Shown: positions 1 through 13,259 of the stretch, in pieces | Layout of the letters: each line of letters opens with the position of its first letter | Position numbering within the stretch: the first letter of the stretch is position 1 | Assembly: GCA_015680685.1 (NCBI GenBank) | Contig: MNCI01001625.1 | Span: 54,795-118,794 of the forward strand | DNA length: 64,000 nt | Origin: Gnetum montanum | Taxonomy: Eukaryota; Plantae; Gnetophyta | Reading direction: 5' to 3' | Made by a program: the position numbers and the translations under genes | Notes under the pieces: generated by a model | What the model was told of the DNA's origin: nothing | Databases searched by the model: none | What the model saw: only the letters and a program-made list of their open reading frames with translations

Positions 1-123
1 CTAAGTCTAAATTAACTAGCGTCAGCATCCGTTCCCACTTGCCGGACACACCTTGAACTATGCAACTGTGGCCTACCGAACGCTAATTGTTACTGGGATC
101 ACCACACGTAACACAAGTGCTTG

Positions 124-585
124 NNNNNNNNNNNNNNNNNNNNNNNNNNNNNNNNNNNNNNNNNNNNNNNNNNNNNNNNNNNNNNNNNNNNNNNNNNNNN
201 NNNNNNNNNNNNNNNNNNNNNNNNNNNNNNNNNNNNNNNNNNNNNNNNNNNNNNNNNNNNNNNNNNNNNNNNNNNNNNNNNNNNNNNNNNNNNNNNNNNN
301 NNNNNNNNNNNNNNNNNNNNNNNNNNNNNNNNNNNNNNNNNNNNNNNNNNNNNNNNNNNNNNNNNNNNNNNNNNNNNNNNNNNNNNNNNNNNNNNNNNNN
401 NNNNNNNNNNNNNNNNNNNNNNNNNNNNNNNNNNNNNNNNNNNNNNNNNNNNNNNNNNNNNNNNNNNNNNNNNNNNNNNNNNNNNNNNNNNNNNNNNNNN
501 NNNNNNNNNNNNNNNNNNNNNNNNNNNNNNNNNNNNNNNNNNNNNNNNNNNNNNNNNNNNNNNNNNNNNNNNNNNNNNNNNNNNN
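124..585. other. Assembly gap (N run)
   Basis: Run of N; ORFs spanning it are artefacts. Confidence 0.99.
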
Positions 586-1767
586 TCTCATCACAAATGA
601 TTTAGAGATCTCTTTGAATTTGTCATTTAAGATCTAGTGCATGTATGTAGAGTATGTAATTCAGTTGATTTGCACATATCTATCTCGATCAATCTACTCT
701 TTAAAAGATGTTGAAACAGGTTCTCTCTACTCTCAATGATCAGCACTAGGTGAAGGCACCAAAAGGTTGCAAAAGTCTCTCTTTGTTAGCAAGATCTTAA
801 ATGTGCCCAGAAAGGTCCTCCAAATGATGTTGATTCTTATTTATATTGGCCACAATTTGCTATTTCTTCATTGGATAGGTTCTAGCAAGTTTCTTGGGTG
901 TTTACACAAAGTTTTTTATCATTACTATGGCCAAAAACTAAAGCATTTTTATCACCATCATTTTTGAGTAATTTCACTAGGAATACTAGGGTTTTTGACA
1001 TTGTGGGGCTTAAGTATGCTTCTCTAGAATAATTCATAGCATTTTTTATGTTCCACACCATGAATTACATTTTACAAAGTGAGACTACACCAAGATTTTG
1101 ACAAAACAAGATCACAAAGTGAATTTTCGAAGGAAAACCAAAGAATTTGTTTTTTCTCACAAATCTAATCAAAATTAACAATATCTTACCACAAGGCTTC
1201 TCTCTTTAGAATTGAAATTTTCTTTGAGGTGTTTCACTTATTTATCCTTGTTCAAAGTCATAGATATTCTCCTAGATACATATATTCAACGTAAGAGATT
1301 TGAATGCATAGCATGCTTCCTTCTAGATCTATGAAGTAGACACACTTCTCACATAGAGACATAGTCCCTAGGTGATACACTTCTCACATAGAGACATAGT
1401 CCCCAGGTACAACACTTTAGATCCATTGAATCTAACGGAAATCCTTGTAGTGTTGGAAAACATCAAAGTAGTGTGTTACAATTTGCCTTTCTTTTATCTT
1501 TGGTGGCATCGGCAAGTCATGAAGTCATTAATCTTGAGTATTTCTTGGTTTCGGTTTTTCATTAAGATGACTAAAGACTTTTCTTTTTTTATTACTATGA
1601 TAGTTCTGCGAACAGTTCAAATATTGCCTTTGTATTGTTTTTTGAAAAAGAAAAAACAGTTTAAATGTTACCTTCGAATAGTTTTTGTTTTTTAAAAAAC
1701 AGTTCAACGTGAACAATAGAATCAAACTTATTGGTTTAAAATTGAATCTGAAGGTGAAGAATAGGCC

Positions 1768-2270
1768 GTTCTTGAGAGCGTTATCGTTGAGGTTATAGGC
1801 CGTTGCAGCAGCCTCGATGCATTCGCACACGGCGCGCCTGCAAACATCAACAAGCTTGCCATAAATTTGTACATTTCAAAGGTAAGACCCTCGTCTTGCA
1901 GAACTGCCATGCGTGTCTAGGGCAAGGAGCATTAGGAAAATGCACAAATTAGTACTGAACTCTTCGGTTATATTTATCCTGACGATATAAATATATAACG
2001 ATACTGAAACCTTGAAATCCTTGGCGTCCGATACAAAGAGACCCAAAGCAAGACTCTGGTAGAGCATCGTGAGAGAATGCTGAAATTTGCAAATTACTGA
2101 AGAGGTCATGTGAATTATGATGTCAAAATCCAAAATTTATACCGAGCCTGTGTGCTGGTGGTGGCACTGTAATTATTTTGGACGCCCGTGGAGCAAGGAC
2201 TGTTGTGCGAAGGCAGAGGCGAACCGTTGAGGAGGAACGGCAGGCACGCTGACAGCTGCTGGAACACTTT
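1768..2270 (-). pseudogene. Non-specific lipid-transfer protein (nsLTP) gene fragment, two exons (2270-2143, 1837-1768)
   Basis: Spliced translation KVFQQLSACLPFLLNGSPLPSHNSPCSTGVQNNYSATTSTQAR/RAVCECIEAAATAYNLNDNALKN fits the 8-Cys nsLTP pattern (C..CC..CXC; CC decayed to CS). GT-AG intron 2142-1838 with split codon CG|G. Signal peptide and first and last Cys residues are absent. Confidence 0.75.
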
Positions 2271-2603
2271 CGTTTTCTTATAGGCACCGTAATTATTTTT
2301 GTTTTCTTACTTGAATAAATCTTGTCTAATGGTTTGTTTCCAATTATGGCGTCTGAAAAATCCTGATGCTAAAATTAGGATCTACATGGATAAGAATTTA
2401 CTTCTGCAGATTTCTGAGCTTTTGTAAGAGGCAAAGCGTGTGACCAGAGCTGTAGGGATGCTTCAGCACCTTCTCTGCTCCTCTCTGTGTACATGTTTAT
2501 TAAGTCAGACAGCTCTTGCTTCATCTAGAAAACTGTCCCTGATTACTCTAGAGTGCAGAATGCTAATGGTTGGTGTCTTCTATTGCATCTGCAATCCAAT
2601 AAT

Positions 2604-3784
2604 TGTTGAGGTCAACCTCACCTATGCTAGGCATAGGGCCTTGCTTGAACAAGTTTAATATCACAAAAAATCACAAGTCGTACACTGTTGACATGTCAAG
2701 CCTTCATGGTCTAAATTAAATGTACTTTCATAGAATTGAATAACCCATAAATTGTAAAATGCAATGTAACTGGTCAAAAAATACAACTATCCAATACACA
2801 TTCAACTCGTGCACAACTATCCAACACATATACATTGAACTTGGTCAAAGAATGCAACTATCCAACAAACATCCAACTCGTGAACAACTATCCAACACAG
2901 ATACATTGAACCTGATCAAAGAATGCAACTATCCAACACACATCCAACTTGTGCCAACTATCCATGGGACACATATCGCTAGATCTGCTTTTCTCTCATC
3001 TTACAGCCGTTGATTCCATTCTTGAATTTCATACCCAAGCCCGATCTAACCCAATAAATACCCTGTCAATTCACATAAACAATGGGGCGAGCCAGAGTCT
3101 GCAGCAACCATTTTCTGTTCTGTTGGCAGGCAACACCGACAGTGGAGTCGTTTTCGGCAGTTTTCTCTCTTCTACCGGCAGGCGGAAGCACACGACAGGA
3201 GCATGAAACTCGTAGTGAACATCAACAGCAGTTGCAGGGCAGATTGCAGATGACAGTGTGCTTGCCTTGCAGTAGCAATTGTTGAACGACAGTTTTCTGT
3301 TTTCTCAGACAGAAACAAACACGTTTTCTTTTCTTTTCTTTTTCTTTTCTACCCACGCGGTAGAGACCAACGCCCTCTTTCTGCCTATAAACAGAAACTT
3401 GGCAGAGACAGGTTGTATGCATATCGTTTTGTTCTTTATTTATTTACTTTCAAACAAGAGGACATATTTTTCTCTCAAGCATCTCCAAGCGCAGAAGCAA
3501 TGTAGAAGCAGGGCAGAAGCAACCGTGGTGGCAGACAACTTTTGTAGTTTTCAATATTATTATTTACAAATTGCACAAATTATTTAACTTTTCAATATTC
3601 TTATTAAATTTAAAGCTTTTAATATTTTTTTAAAAATATTGTTATTATTGTTTTGTCACATAGCCCTTTCCAGCTGAGACTAGTCCTAGGTTTTCGTACC
3701 CATACGAGAGGCGCCCTAGGCGATAGTCTCCTAAAACGAGTTTTCATAGGTGTTGGTGGTGTGTCCAAAATTTATGCATCAACA
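2604..3784 (+). repeat. 5' LTR of element 1
   Basis: TGTTG...CAACA termini; colinear with 7729-8745; internal CAACTATCCAACAC tandem units at ~2780-2960. Confidence 0.88.
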
Positions 3785-3790
3785 CCTTTT

Positions 3791-3805
3791 TAATGCTAGA
3801 AAGAG
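3791..3805 (+). promoter_or_regulatory. Degenerate primer-binding site (tRNA-Asn type)
   Basis: TAATGCTAGAAAGAG just after the LTR, versus TGGCGCTAGAAGGAG (complement of the plant tRNA-Asn 3' end); differences are all transitions. Confidence 0.6.
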
Positions 3806-4293
3806 CGCAGTTTCTCAACCTTTTCTTTATTTTCCTTTTATGTTTTTTTTACATTATCATTTTTTTATTATTTTCTATTTTTGTTTTTGCCTGCCTATTT
3901 TCAATTTTATTGCTCTATTTTAGTTTCATTTTCAAATCTCCAAATTTGTATTCTAGCAATCCTTTTTAATTTGTTTTTTTTTGAAATTTAATTGAGGTGA
4001 TTTAAATTATTTTACTTTTAATTTACTTTTCTGAAATTTTGTAATTTCAATTTTACTTTTTTCTTTAAAAAACTATAGCATTCAAATGTTTTTTTATTTT
4101 CTTTAATTTTCATAGTTTATTAGCATTTTACAGTTCCTATTAGTTTTCATTTTATGAGTGACTTTTCTTACGAAATATCTTAACAAAAAACTTCTACTCC
4201 TACCCCTAATCAACTAGCCACTCGTCAATTTACTTTAAGAAAACAACGAGCTTCACTTTTCCAAATTCAATTCCTAAGAAACCTTAGACTAAG

Positions 4294-4907
4294 ATGGTAG
4301 CCCATCAACCCTCGGCTCCCTTAGTAAGAAATCCTTTTAACTTTCATAATTACCATGACATATCAAAATCCTTTCAAAACATAAATTTGTTCTTCGATCC
4401 TACAACCCTTACGAATGATGCCCACCAACACATACAATGTTTTGAAACCTTAGTAGGGATCCACAACATTGTACATAATGATGTAATGTGTAGAGTGTTT
4501 GTAACAACATTTAGGACCAAAGCAACCCAATGGTTTTTAATGCTTCCTGATGCCTCTATTAACACATGGTAAGAATTCAAAAACAAATTTTGAATCAATT
4601 TGACAAATTTACAAGCCCTGTTATCGCATCAAGTAACTTTACTAGCCTAAGAAAGCTACCTGGGAAAAATGTTAGGGATTATAACATTAGATTTCTTCAT
4701 CAACTTGCCTATGTGTCAAATGAGATGCAACCACAACTAGATGGTATCCTCAACTTCTATCTCTGTACCATCGATCCATTTTTCGCTTATGCTATCAAAT
4801 CTGATCCCAACATAACGGAAATACAAAGTAATGTCAAAAGCTATGGAATTAGAGCAAATAACCCTTATCAAAAACATCCAAACCCAATTTGGGATGATGA
4901 GTATTAG
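4294..4907 (+). pseudogene. gag remnant of element 1
   Basis: HNDVMCRVFVTTFRTKATQWFLMLPDASINTW* retrotransposon gag motif, with stop and frameshift. Confidence 0.8.
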
Positions 4908-5070
4908 TAACCCTATGCAATCAAACCCACTCCTACCAACTTTTCAAACATCTAATATTATGCCTCAAGTTGTTTTTCCCTTTCAATCAACTCAACCTTT
5001 AAGTAATTACTCACAAGGCCCCATGTCCTTTTCATTCTTACCATCCAACACTGGTTTGAATGATGACCAA

Positions 5071-5700
5071 NNNNNNNNNNNNNNNNNNNNNNNNNNNNNN
5101 NNNNNNNNNNNNNNNNNNNNNNNNNNNNNNNNNNNNNNNNNNNNNNNNNNNNNNNNNNNNNNNNNNNNNNNNNNNNNNNNNNNNNNNNNNNNNNNNNNNN
5201 NNNNNNNNNNNNNNNNNNNNNNNNNNNNNNNNNNNNNNNNNNNNNNNNNNNNNNNNNNNNNNNNNNNNNNNNNNNNNNNNNNNNNNNNNNNNNNNNNNNN
5301 NNNNNNNNNNNNNNNNNNNNNNNNNNNNNNNNNNNNNNNNNNNNNNNNNNNNNNNNNNNNNNNNNNNNNNNNNNNNNNNNNNNNNNNNNNNNNNNNNNNN
5401 NNNNNNNNNNNNNNNNNNNNNNNNNNNNNNNNNNNNNNNNNNNNNNNNNNNNNNNNNNNNNNNNNNNNNNNNNNNNNNNNNNNNNNNNNNNNNNNNNNNN
5501 NNNNNNNNNNNNNNNNNNNNNNNNNNNNNNNNNNNNNNNNNNNNNNNNNNNNNNNNNNNNNNNNNNNNNNNNNNNNNNNNNNNNNNNNNNNNNNNNNNNN
5601 NNNNNNNNNNNNNNNNNNNNNNNNNNNNNNNNNNNNNNNNNNNNNNNNNNNNNNNNNNNNNNNNNNNNNNNNNNNNNNNNNNNNNNNNNNNNNNNNNNNN
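5071..5700. other. Assembly gap (N run)
   Basis: Run of N inside element 1. Confidence 0.99.
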
Positions 5701-5708
5701 TAACAACC

Positions 5709-6443
5709 TTGGATCAACAAAATCAATCTTTGGAAGATCGAAATGCTAATCTTTATGTTGGGGTTATTGAGGTTGAGTGTAGTGAACATGTTGAAAATGG
5801 CTATGTGAGTGGAACTACAAAAAGTCCTATATCTTATACAGACCCCATCCAATCCTATCAAAGTTCTAGAGAAGGTGAAGAAAACTATGGAGACACCTTG
5901 CCTTATCAACAACACAATCAATTTTGTCTAAGTGATCCACCACCTTTAGGGGAAGACAAAGATATAAATATGACCTTACCTCTTAAAACATTTGAAGGTG
6001 TGCTAAATTTTAACAACACATCCATGGAACATTCTCCTAGAAAAGCTATATCCGATGACTCACCAAAACCTAGACCTATCATTAAAACTTATATTAAAGA
6101 AAAACTTTATAGAAAACGATTAAGCAAGATAAGTGTAGGTCTTGATTTTCATAATCTTAAGCATCAACAAATTGTCAAGAGATGGTTCAATAAAAAACAT
6201 CTAGCTAAAAATTCTCAAGTAGGTGATCTAGTCCTTAAGAGGGATAGAGCGTTTGGTCAAACTATCCTTCAAACTAAGTTTTCATCTATGTGGTCAGGTC
6301 CATTCCAAAGTGTAGACATCACTGCCCCAAATGTGTTCAAGGTTGTAAATTTGCAAGGGTATAGGTTGAATAAGAATTTTAATGCATTTCATTTGAAGCA
6401 TTTCTACTTAGGTACCCCACGTGGGCACTTGGTAGATTCTTAG
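5709..6443 (+). pseudogene. Integrase C-terminal (GPY/F) remnant of element 1
   Basis: QVGDLVLKRD...KFSSMWSGPFQ...NAFHLKHFY; no integrase core upstream within this ORF. Confidence 0.8.
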
Positions 6444-7431
6444 TTGCATGTTTTCTTCTCCTTTTCTTTGCATTTCATTTATATACAGTTGTATTTCCAT
6501 ATTTTGTTTGCATTATTTCTATCTTAGCATATTGTTTTGATTATTGTGTTCTTCACATGACTTTAATAATCATTTGTCATTTGAGTTACTTGATATTGGG
6601 TCATCTTAACACCATTGGAAAATAATGTAGGTATAATATAACTTACTATTACTATAATATAATGCTATAAAATCCGCTCTATATTTTATAAATACTGTAA
6701 CTCTTTCCAATCGATTCCAAGGTTTCAGTTTATTTGTTATGTTTGACTATGGAGCATTTGACTTATACAAACTTATCATGTTATCATCATAACTATGTGA
6801 GTGTAGGATATGTGATGTTGGAGAGTGGTTAGTCATAATTACTAGGTGACGTTGGAAAATTCTATCCTTTCCTCTCATAAGCCCAAGCCCTCAGGTATGA
6901 TGATCCATGACTATCTTGTGAATAATAGGGTGAAGTGTGTTCATTTCTACTTGAGAACCCTTAGCCACCCAGGAGACCTGCTATAATGCCACCAATCAAA
7001 GGCACATACACAATGGTTGAACTACACAATGGGCAAAGTTTCTAAAAGGACCATGCTCTTTGGCAGTGCAGCTAATTGGCTAGACTCATGTTGGAATTCC
7101 TACCTCAAGAATGAAGTACACCATGAGTAAAGTTTCCTTAAAAAAAAAAACAAAACAAAAAATGACGACCATGTTCATTGGCAGTGTAATAAGTTCTTGA
7201 GTGTGATGAGGTTCAACAACAATTCTCACCCTAATCTCCATTTCCTCTTTTAAATTTAAGTTTTTCAAAAAAGAAAAAAAACAAGGAAAAATATAAAAGT
7301 TGTGGCTTACTATGATCTAACATGAGCTTTAGCTCATCCTCCTTATTAAGTTTTGTATAAGTCACTTGCTTAAGATAGTCTACATACTTTGACTATTACC
7401 TTGTGAGAATATTGAGAATGAGAGCTTAAGC

Positions 7432-7439
<8 letters not shown>

Positions 7440-7466
<27 letters not shown>
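7440..7466. repeat. (AC)n microsatellite
   Basis: About 13 AC units followed by TA repeats. Confidence 0.95.
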
Positions 7467-7474
<8 letters not shown>

Positions 7475-7728
7475 ATTACACATATATATTTATAGATCTT
7501 ACTTAAAATAATAATAAATTATATTTTTAGATTTTAATGGTTGTTTGGATGGCCTATGTTAGTGTCTCTTTTGATTATTTGGTTATTTTGATCATGTTTA
7601 GAACATTATAGTTTACTTTCAAGTTTGCATTTCTGGTTTCATGTTATTTTTTTTCCCCATCCGTTGCATTTTTATTCAAAATTTTATAGTCCTTGCACTT
7701 GCATGAAATTTGTAATTTGGGGGCTAAG

Positions 7729-8745
7729 TGTTAAGGCCAACCTGACCCATGCTAGGCATAAGGCCTTGTTTGAACAAGTTTAATATGACAAAAAATCACA
7801 AGTCGTATAATATTGACATGTCAAGCCCTTATGATCTAAATTAAATGTACTTTCATGGGCTTGAATAACTCATAAATTGTAAAATGTAATGTACCTAGTT
7901 AAAGAATGCAACTATCCAACACACATCCAACTCGTGCCAACTATCCATGGGACACATGTCACTAGATCTGCTTTCCTCTCATCTCACAGCCGTTGATTCC
8001 ATTCTTGAATTTCGTGCCCGAGCTGGATCCAACCCTATAAATACCCTGTCAATTCACATAGACAATGGGGGTAGCTAGAGGCAACAAACATTTTTTGTTT
8101 TGTTGGCAGGCAACATCAATAGTGTAGGCATTTTTGGCAGTCTTCTCTCTTCTACCGGCAAGCGAAAGAGCACGGCAGGAGCGTGAAACGCACGGTGAAC
8201 ATCAACAGTAGTTGCAGGGCAGATTGCAGATGATAGTGTGCTTGCCCTGCAGTAGCAATTGTTGAACAACGGTTTTCTGTTTTCTCAAATAGAAATAGAT
8301 ACGTTTTCTTTTCTTTTCTTTTTCTTTTTTACCCATGCAGCAAAGACCAATGCCCTCTTTCTACCTATAAATAGAAACTTGGCAGAGATAGGTTGTATGC
8401 ACATCGTTTTGTTCTTTATTTATTTTCTTTCAAACAATAGGACATATTTTTCTCTCTACCATCTCCAATTGTAGAAGCAGTGCAGAAGCAGCCGTGGTGG
8501 TAGACAACTTTTACAGTTTTCAATATTATTATTTGCATTTTATTTTAAATTATTTATTGTACTCTTTTAAATTGCAAAAATTATTTAACTTTTCAATATT
8601 CTTATTAAATTTAAAGCTTTTAATATTTTGTTTAAAATATTGTTATTATTGTTTTGTCACATAGCCCTTTCCAACTGAGACTATTCCCAGGTTTCCGTAC
8701 CCATACGAGAGGCACCCTAGGCGATAGTCTCCTAAAATGAGTTTC
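7729..8745 (+). repeat. 3' LTR of element 1 (3'-truncated)
   Basis: Starts TGTTAAGGCCAACC after the PPT; similarity to the 5' LTR stops ~40 bp before the CAACA terminus. Confidence 0.88.
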
Positions 8746-9303
8746 TTATTTTAATTGCATTGCATTGCATTTTACTACTCTCAAAGAAAAAAAAATTTAT
8801 AGTGGTTCACTTGAATATAATGGAAGACTATATTATTTCATTCAACAGATGGATTATTACACATGTATGGCGCATTGGTATAATCATCCATGTTCGTGGT
8901 CAAAATTTCCTATTGATTCAGTCACTCCTTGAATTGTGCACGTACATGTATCATACCTTTTTGAAACTAAACCTTTTGGCATCAAAAGTATGATAAAACA
9001 TAACTTCCAAATTGTCTTTTTCCTAGGTGGTCAGAATTTGAGATCATTAGCACTATTGGTCATGGTCATATATCCTTTAAACTTTATTTAGTTGTTTTTA
9101 TTTTGGTACTCTCTTTTTTATTTTTAAATTTTTTAAAATAAAGTTTGGTTGTGTTTTGGGCATGACATCATCACCATCTCAACCTTGTTCCAACAATATA
9201 AGATTGAGTAATGAATTCTCTTTTGTCATTCACTTTATTAAAACATAAAGTTTTATCTATTTGCAATTTCTTTTTTATAAAAATAAGGTGTTAGCTTAGT
9301 GTT

Positions 9304-10185
9304 TGATGAGTGATCATTGTGTTAGCCCCCTTGATATCGAGTACCGGATATGAGGGCTCTAATATTAGATATGCGATATCAAGTCCTAGGAAACGATGTC
9401 GAATATATGATATTGTCTCCTTCATGCTAGCCTATAAATACAGCACTTGGGGTGCACAATTGGGACATAGTTTTAGTTCTCAGTTTTTGATAGTTTTTCT
9501 TAGATTTCTAAATTCAAGATTTGTCATTCCAAGTGCATGTTTGCAGTGTGATGTTTGTAATCAAATGACACCTTTATTTGTGTGTGGCGTACTTGGACAT
9601 GTTACATGATTGGAAATAAAGATCAAGCTTACTTCCATCATTTCCACATTCACTTAGATTTATTATTACTTTAATTATTTACTATTCTCTTTATTTAAAG
9701 TATTCAGTTATTGCTATTTACTATTCTTGTCATTAAGCAAAATGAGTATGACGTAATCAATCATGAGCACTTAAGTGTAAGTACTTGGTAAGCTAGCAGT
9801 GTATCATTTGGCACACCCAGTGGTGTACGCTTGGCAATCTTAGTGGTAGTTAGATGAAATCTAAGGCATGTATGAACAATTAGAAACGGATACTCATCAC
9901 ATGTAGGTTAATTTATATCTTATTTTCCATAGTTCATTAGCTTAATTAATTTATTTCTTTATAATCATTAGGAGTAGCATAGAATTAGACAACATTATAT
10001 GCCTCACTTTGGACTAAACCGTACATGAAAAAGCTATCACCAGTCCAAGTGAGAAGATAGTGAACTATGATCAAAGCATAATGATTTAGATACACAATTA
10101 GTTTCATCCATAGAATTTGACCAGATCATGTGTGAACACTTGTGATTCGTATGGTTCGGAATAGGGGGTACCTAACCACTCATCA
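9304..10185 (+). repeat. 5' LTR of an Athila-like element
   Basis: Perfect 9-bp inverted termini TGATGAGTG / CACTCATCA; TATA-like CTATAAATA at ~9432; followed by PBS and gag. Confidence 0.75.
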
Positions 10186-10186
10186 T

Positions 10187-10204
10187 TAGCATTGTTGCCA
10201 AGGA
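10187..10204 (+). promoter_or_regulatory. Degenerate tRNA-Asp PBS (Athila type)
   Basis: TAGCATTGTTGCCAAGGA versus canonical TGGCGCCGTTGCCGGGGA; transitions only. Confidence 0.7.
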
Positions 10205-10858
10205 TGGTGTTAGTTATCTAGATTAGTTATATCACATACGATCACTGTAAAAGTATTAATGATTTATCTTTAGAAAACACTAATATTTTAAGTCACACAC
10301 ATTATCACAAAAAACCATGTCTTCTTCACATAGGACTAATAATGCATTGTATGATGAGAACACTCATAAGAGAATGATAGGATATATACTAAAGATAATT
10401 AGAGTGAACAATGTCAAATAGTGGTTTCCTATGCTCATTTAGACCCTTACTACACTCAAAGACTACATTCACCTCATGTAGACAATCCTAAAGAAGATGG
10501 AGTAAGTACTACATCAAGGAGGGCCTTAAGGCCTAAGACCTCCTCTAAACCTAAACAAGATAAATCAAGGGACCATGGGAAGAACTATAGCAGCCATGGG
10601 AATTCTCCCAATTTCTCAATTTTCTCTTCCTCTTCAACATCTAGTTCTGATGAAGATGAACATAGATATAGAGATAGAGCCCCATTACAGGGTCAAGAAA
10701 AAAATAGAAATCAAATCTAAGGGAAAAATCATAGATATCAAAATGAGCATAGACAAGATTGTCATAATCAAATGAAGAGAAATAGAAATTTTCATCACAA
10801 CATGTTTGATAACAATGAACCCTTGTTGGCCACTAAGAGCCTAATGTAGATAACAGAG

Positions 10859-11700
10859 GTGATTAAGATACCTCACAGGCATTGTAGCGATAGTTTCTTA
10901 CCCAAGCTTGATATAAATAATATTTCTAAATTTGTGGGAGGATACAATCTGGATCCACAACATCATCTACAAGCCTTCCATGATGCCTATGTCTCATACA
11001 ACATTGAAAGTGGGTGTCAAAAGCTTAAGCTCTTTCGTAGGACCCTAATTGATGAAGCAAAAAGTTGGTGTAGATCATTGGAACCATGTTCCATTCACTA
11101 GTGGTCCATAATGCTTGAACTTTTCAATGAAAAATACCAAACATATGAGAGAGTGTTGGATCTAAGAGAACAAATCCAAGAGTGAAAGCAAGAAAATAAT
11201 GAACCCTTGGCTATGGCCTTAGATAGATATTATTCTGTACTAAATTGATGCCCAAGCCATGGTTTCTTTGAGGAAAAGTAGCTCTTCCACATCATTGATG
11301 GGCAATGAAATAAGTGAGGACCTTGGGATGTATGCTCTATGTTAATTATACAAACTACAAACCCATTAGGTTTGAGAATTAATCAAGCATGTCATGAAAG
11401 AAGAAGGAGAGCTATGAAAATGGGAGAATGTTGAGGAAAATAAGTGGGATCCAACTCTTCAAAAGAAAACCATCGATATCTATGATAAGGAAAAAGAGGT
11501 AGCCCTCAATGAGATGATTTTACAATGAACCTTGCCAATAAAACTTCTCTCATTAAGCTTAAAGCAAAGTTGGATAAGATGTTGGAATTGATGAATGAAA
11601 AAGTTAAAACTTGCATAGAAATCATAAAGGAGAAGGCAATCCAAATTGAACCGTGTGATCACAATAAATGAAGGAAGCATAACCAAGAAGCAGTTAGGAA
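10859..11700 (+). pseudogene. Athila-like gag remnant
   Basis: KFVGGYNLDPQHHLQAF...KLKLFRRTLIDEAKSWCRSLEPCSIH*WSIMLELFNEKY; multiple stops. Confidence 0.8.
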
Positions 11701-11948
11701 TACTTTTCAGCAAGTAGGAAAAATAGTGTTGGCACATTTTGGCCATTCAATGGAACAAGCTTTATAAGGTTATGGTGATTTTTGAAAAATTTAAAAGATT
11801 TTTTTGAGATTTTTTTTCTTCACCTTGAAGTCTACCATGTTGATTAAGACAAGCTTTTGCTAATTGGTTCACATCCACAAAGGCATGGTTGAATGTCCGC
11901 AAATCTTAGAGGCCTTGTTCAACTTGCATCCTTGAACCAACCAATACA

Positions 11949-12023
11949 CAAAAGTTGCAGAGCCTCCTTCCAAGGACCATGTTGCCCATATGCAAAAATC
12001 ATACCATTCCATGGGATTTCATC
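11949..12023 (-). pseudogene. Single PPR-motif fragment
   Basis: DEIPWNGMIFAYGQHGPWKEALQLL resembles the PLS-class PPR consensus (WNAMI.AY.QHG..KEALQLF); only 25 codons. Confidence 0.5.
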
Positions 12024-12288
12024 CCTTGTTGGCATTTGGACAAAAATGAGCCTAGAATCATGAACACTATCCAACGAGATAAGCGATTACGCTGCAGAAA
12101 CCTGGTATCCTGATAAACCAACATAGACTACCAAATTGAACTATCAACTGATTCGCCTCACCCAGTTGCAGTAACCCTCCTCGAGAGCGCTGTTGTCCAA
12201 GCTGTTTGGACACAAATATACATGATCTTCCATTCGTTCATTCATCCAAGGGTTTTCCTGTCAACACCGGAGTCTCTTATGTCAGAAA

Positions 12289-12670
12289 ATGGCAAAGGAG
12301 GAGGTGGAGTAAGACAGGCTGAAGGGATTAGAGTTTCTGTCTTTGGTTTCCAAAGTATGCATAGAACTTGAAGCCAACATCGGTTGCATAGACAAAGTCC
12401 TTGTGGAGTTCATCACTGAAATCGGACGCAAGAGCCAGATTGTGGAGCAATTCGATGCAGAGCTCAAGAAAAATGGTGCGGAGATGCCTGATTACTTCAT
12501 TAGAAGCCTGCTCACCATCATTCATGCCATTCTTCCACCCAAAAAGGACTCCAAAAAGTCCAAAGATCCAGCCAACAACAATGACAACAACAAATCTAGC
12601 TTCCCTGGCCTTGTCGTGCTCGACGACAAACAACGGATCCACAAACTCAAACAAGAGATCGAGAAGGACG
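12289..12670 (+). pseudogene. PRP22: 5' fragment of PRP22/DHX8-type DEAH splicing helicase (DEAH5-like)
   Basis: LEFLSLVSKVCIELEANIGCIDKVLVEFITEIG...GAEMPDYFIRSLLTIIHAILPPK matches the PRP22 N-terminus. Stop at 12310; no S1 or helicase domain follows. Confidence 0.88.
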
Positions 12671-13259
12671 CAAAAATTGGTGATGATCATGGTAAGAATG
12701 ACGAAAAGGACAAGGTTTTAAGAATTTTAGATGGCGACGGTGGAGAGGGCGGCAATAGCACCAGCACCAGCGCCTGTATCAACACCAAAACCAGTGAAGG
12801 AGGACTACGCGTGAGTAGAAGATCAGCAGCGGTAGAAGAGAAGCCTCGGTTACATGCACAGATCAGCCATGGGCGGAAGATCAGCAGCGGGCGCAGAAAA
12901 GTCAGCAGCAGGCGGAAGATCAGCAATGGAAGATTTCGTAGATAATTTATTCCATCCATTATCCTACGAAGGCACCGTTGATTTGGATAAAATAGATGAT
13001 CCTATTGATGCAAAGTAATCTGGGAGAATCGATATACCAATTAATTGAAGCTTCATTCCACACAAAAACTAGAAATACTAATGGTGATCTTGATTTGATT
13101 GAAAATTTGGGAATTGAAAGTTCTTGTAATAAAAATTTTGAAGGAGATCAAGATTTGAAAAGAACTATAAAGAGTGATGTGACAGAGCTTAATCATATAG
13201 AAGATTTCACCTATAAATATTTAAACCTATGGTAAATATAGGTACTAGATACTTGGCTT

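Larger units (their letters stand above)
2604..8745 (+). mobile_element. Ty3/gypsy LTR retrotransposon (element 1), internally deleted or non-autonomous
   Basis: Direct repeats 2604-3784 and 7729-~8745, degenerate PBS, gag remnant, integrase GPY/F tail, and purine tract GGGGGCTAAG directly before the 3' LTR. Confidence 0.9.

Noticed and set aside
53-637. Long ORFs across 124-585 (likewise across 5071-5700)
   Set aside because: They consist of N-gap translation.
1341-1407. ~35-bp tandem duplication ACACTTCTCACATAGAGACATAGTCCC
   Set aside because: Simple local duplication with no further structure.
12343-12945. 200-aa ORF as a functional gene
   Set aside because: The PRP22 start is cut off by a stop at 12310, and the C-terminal half is read-through into short repeats.
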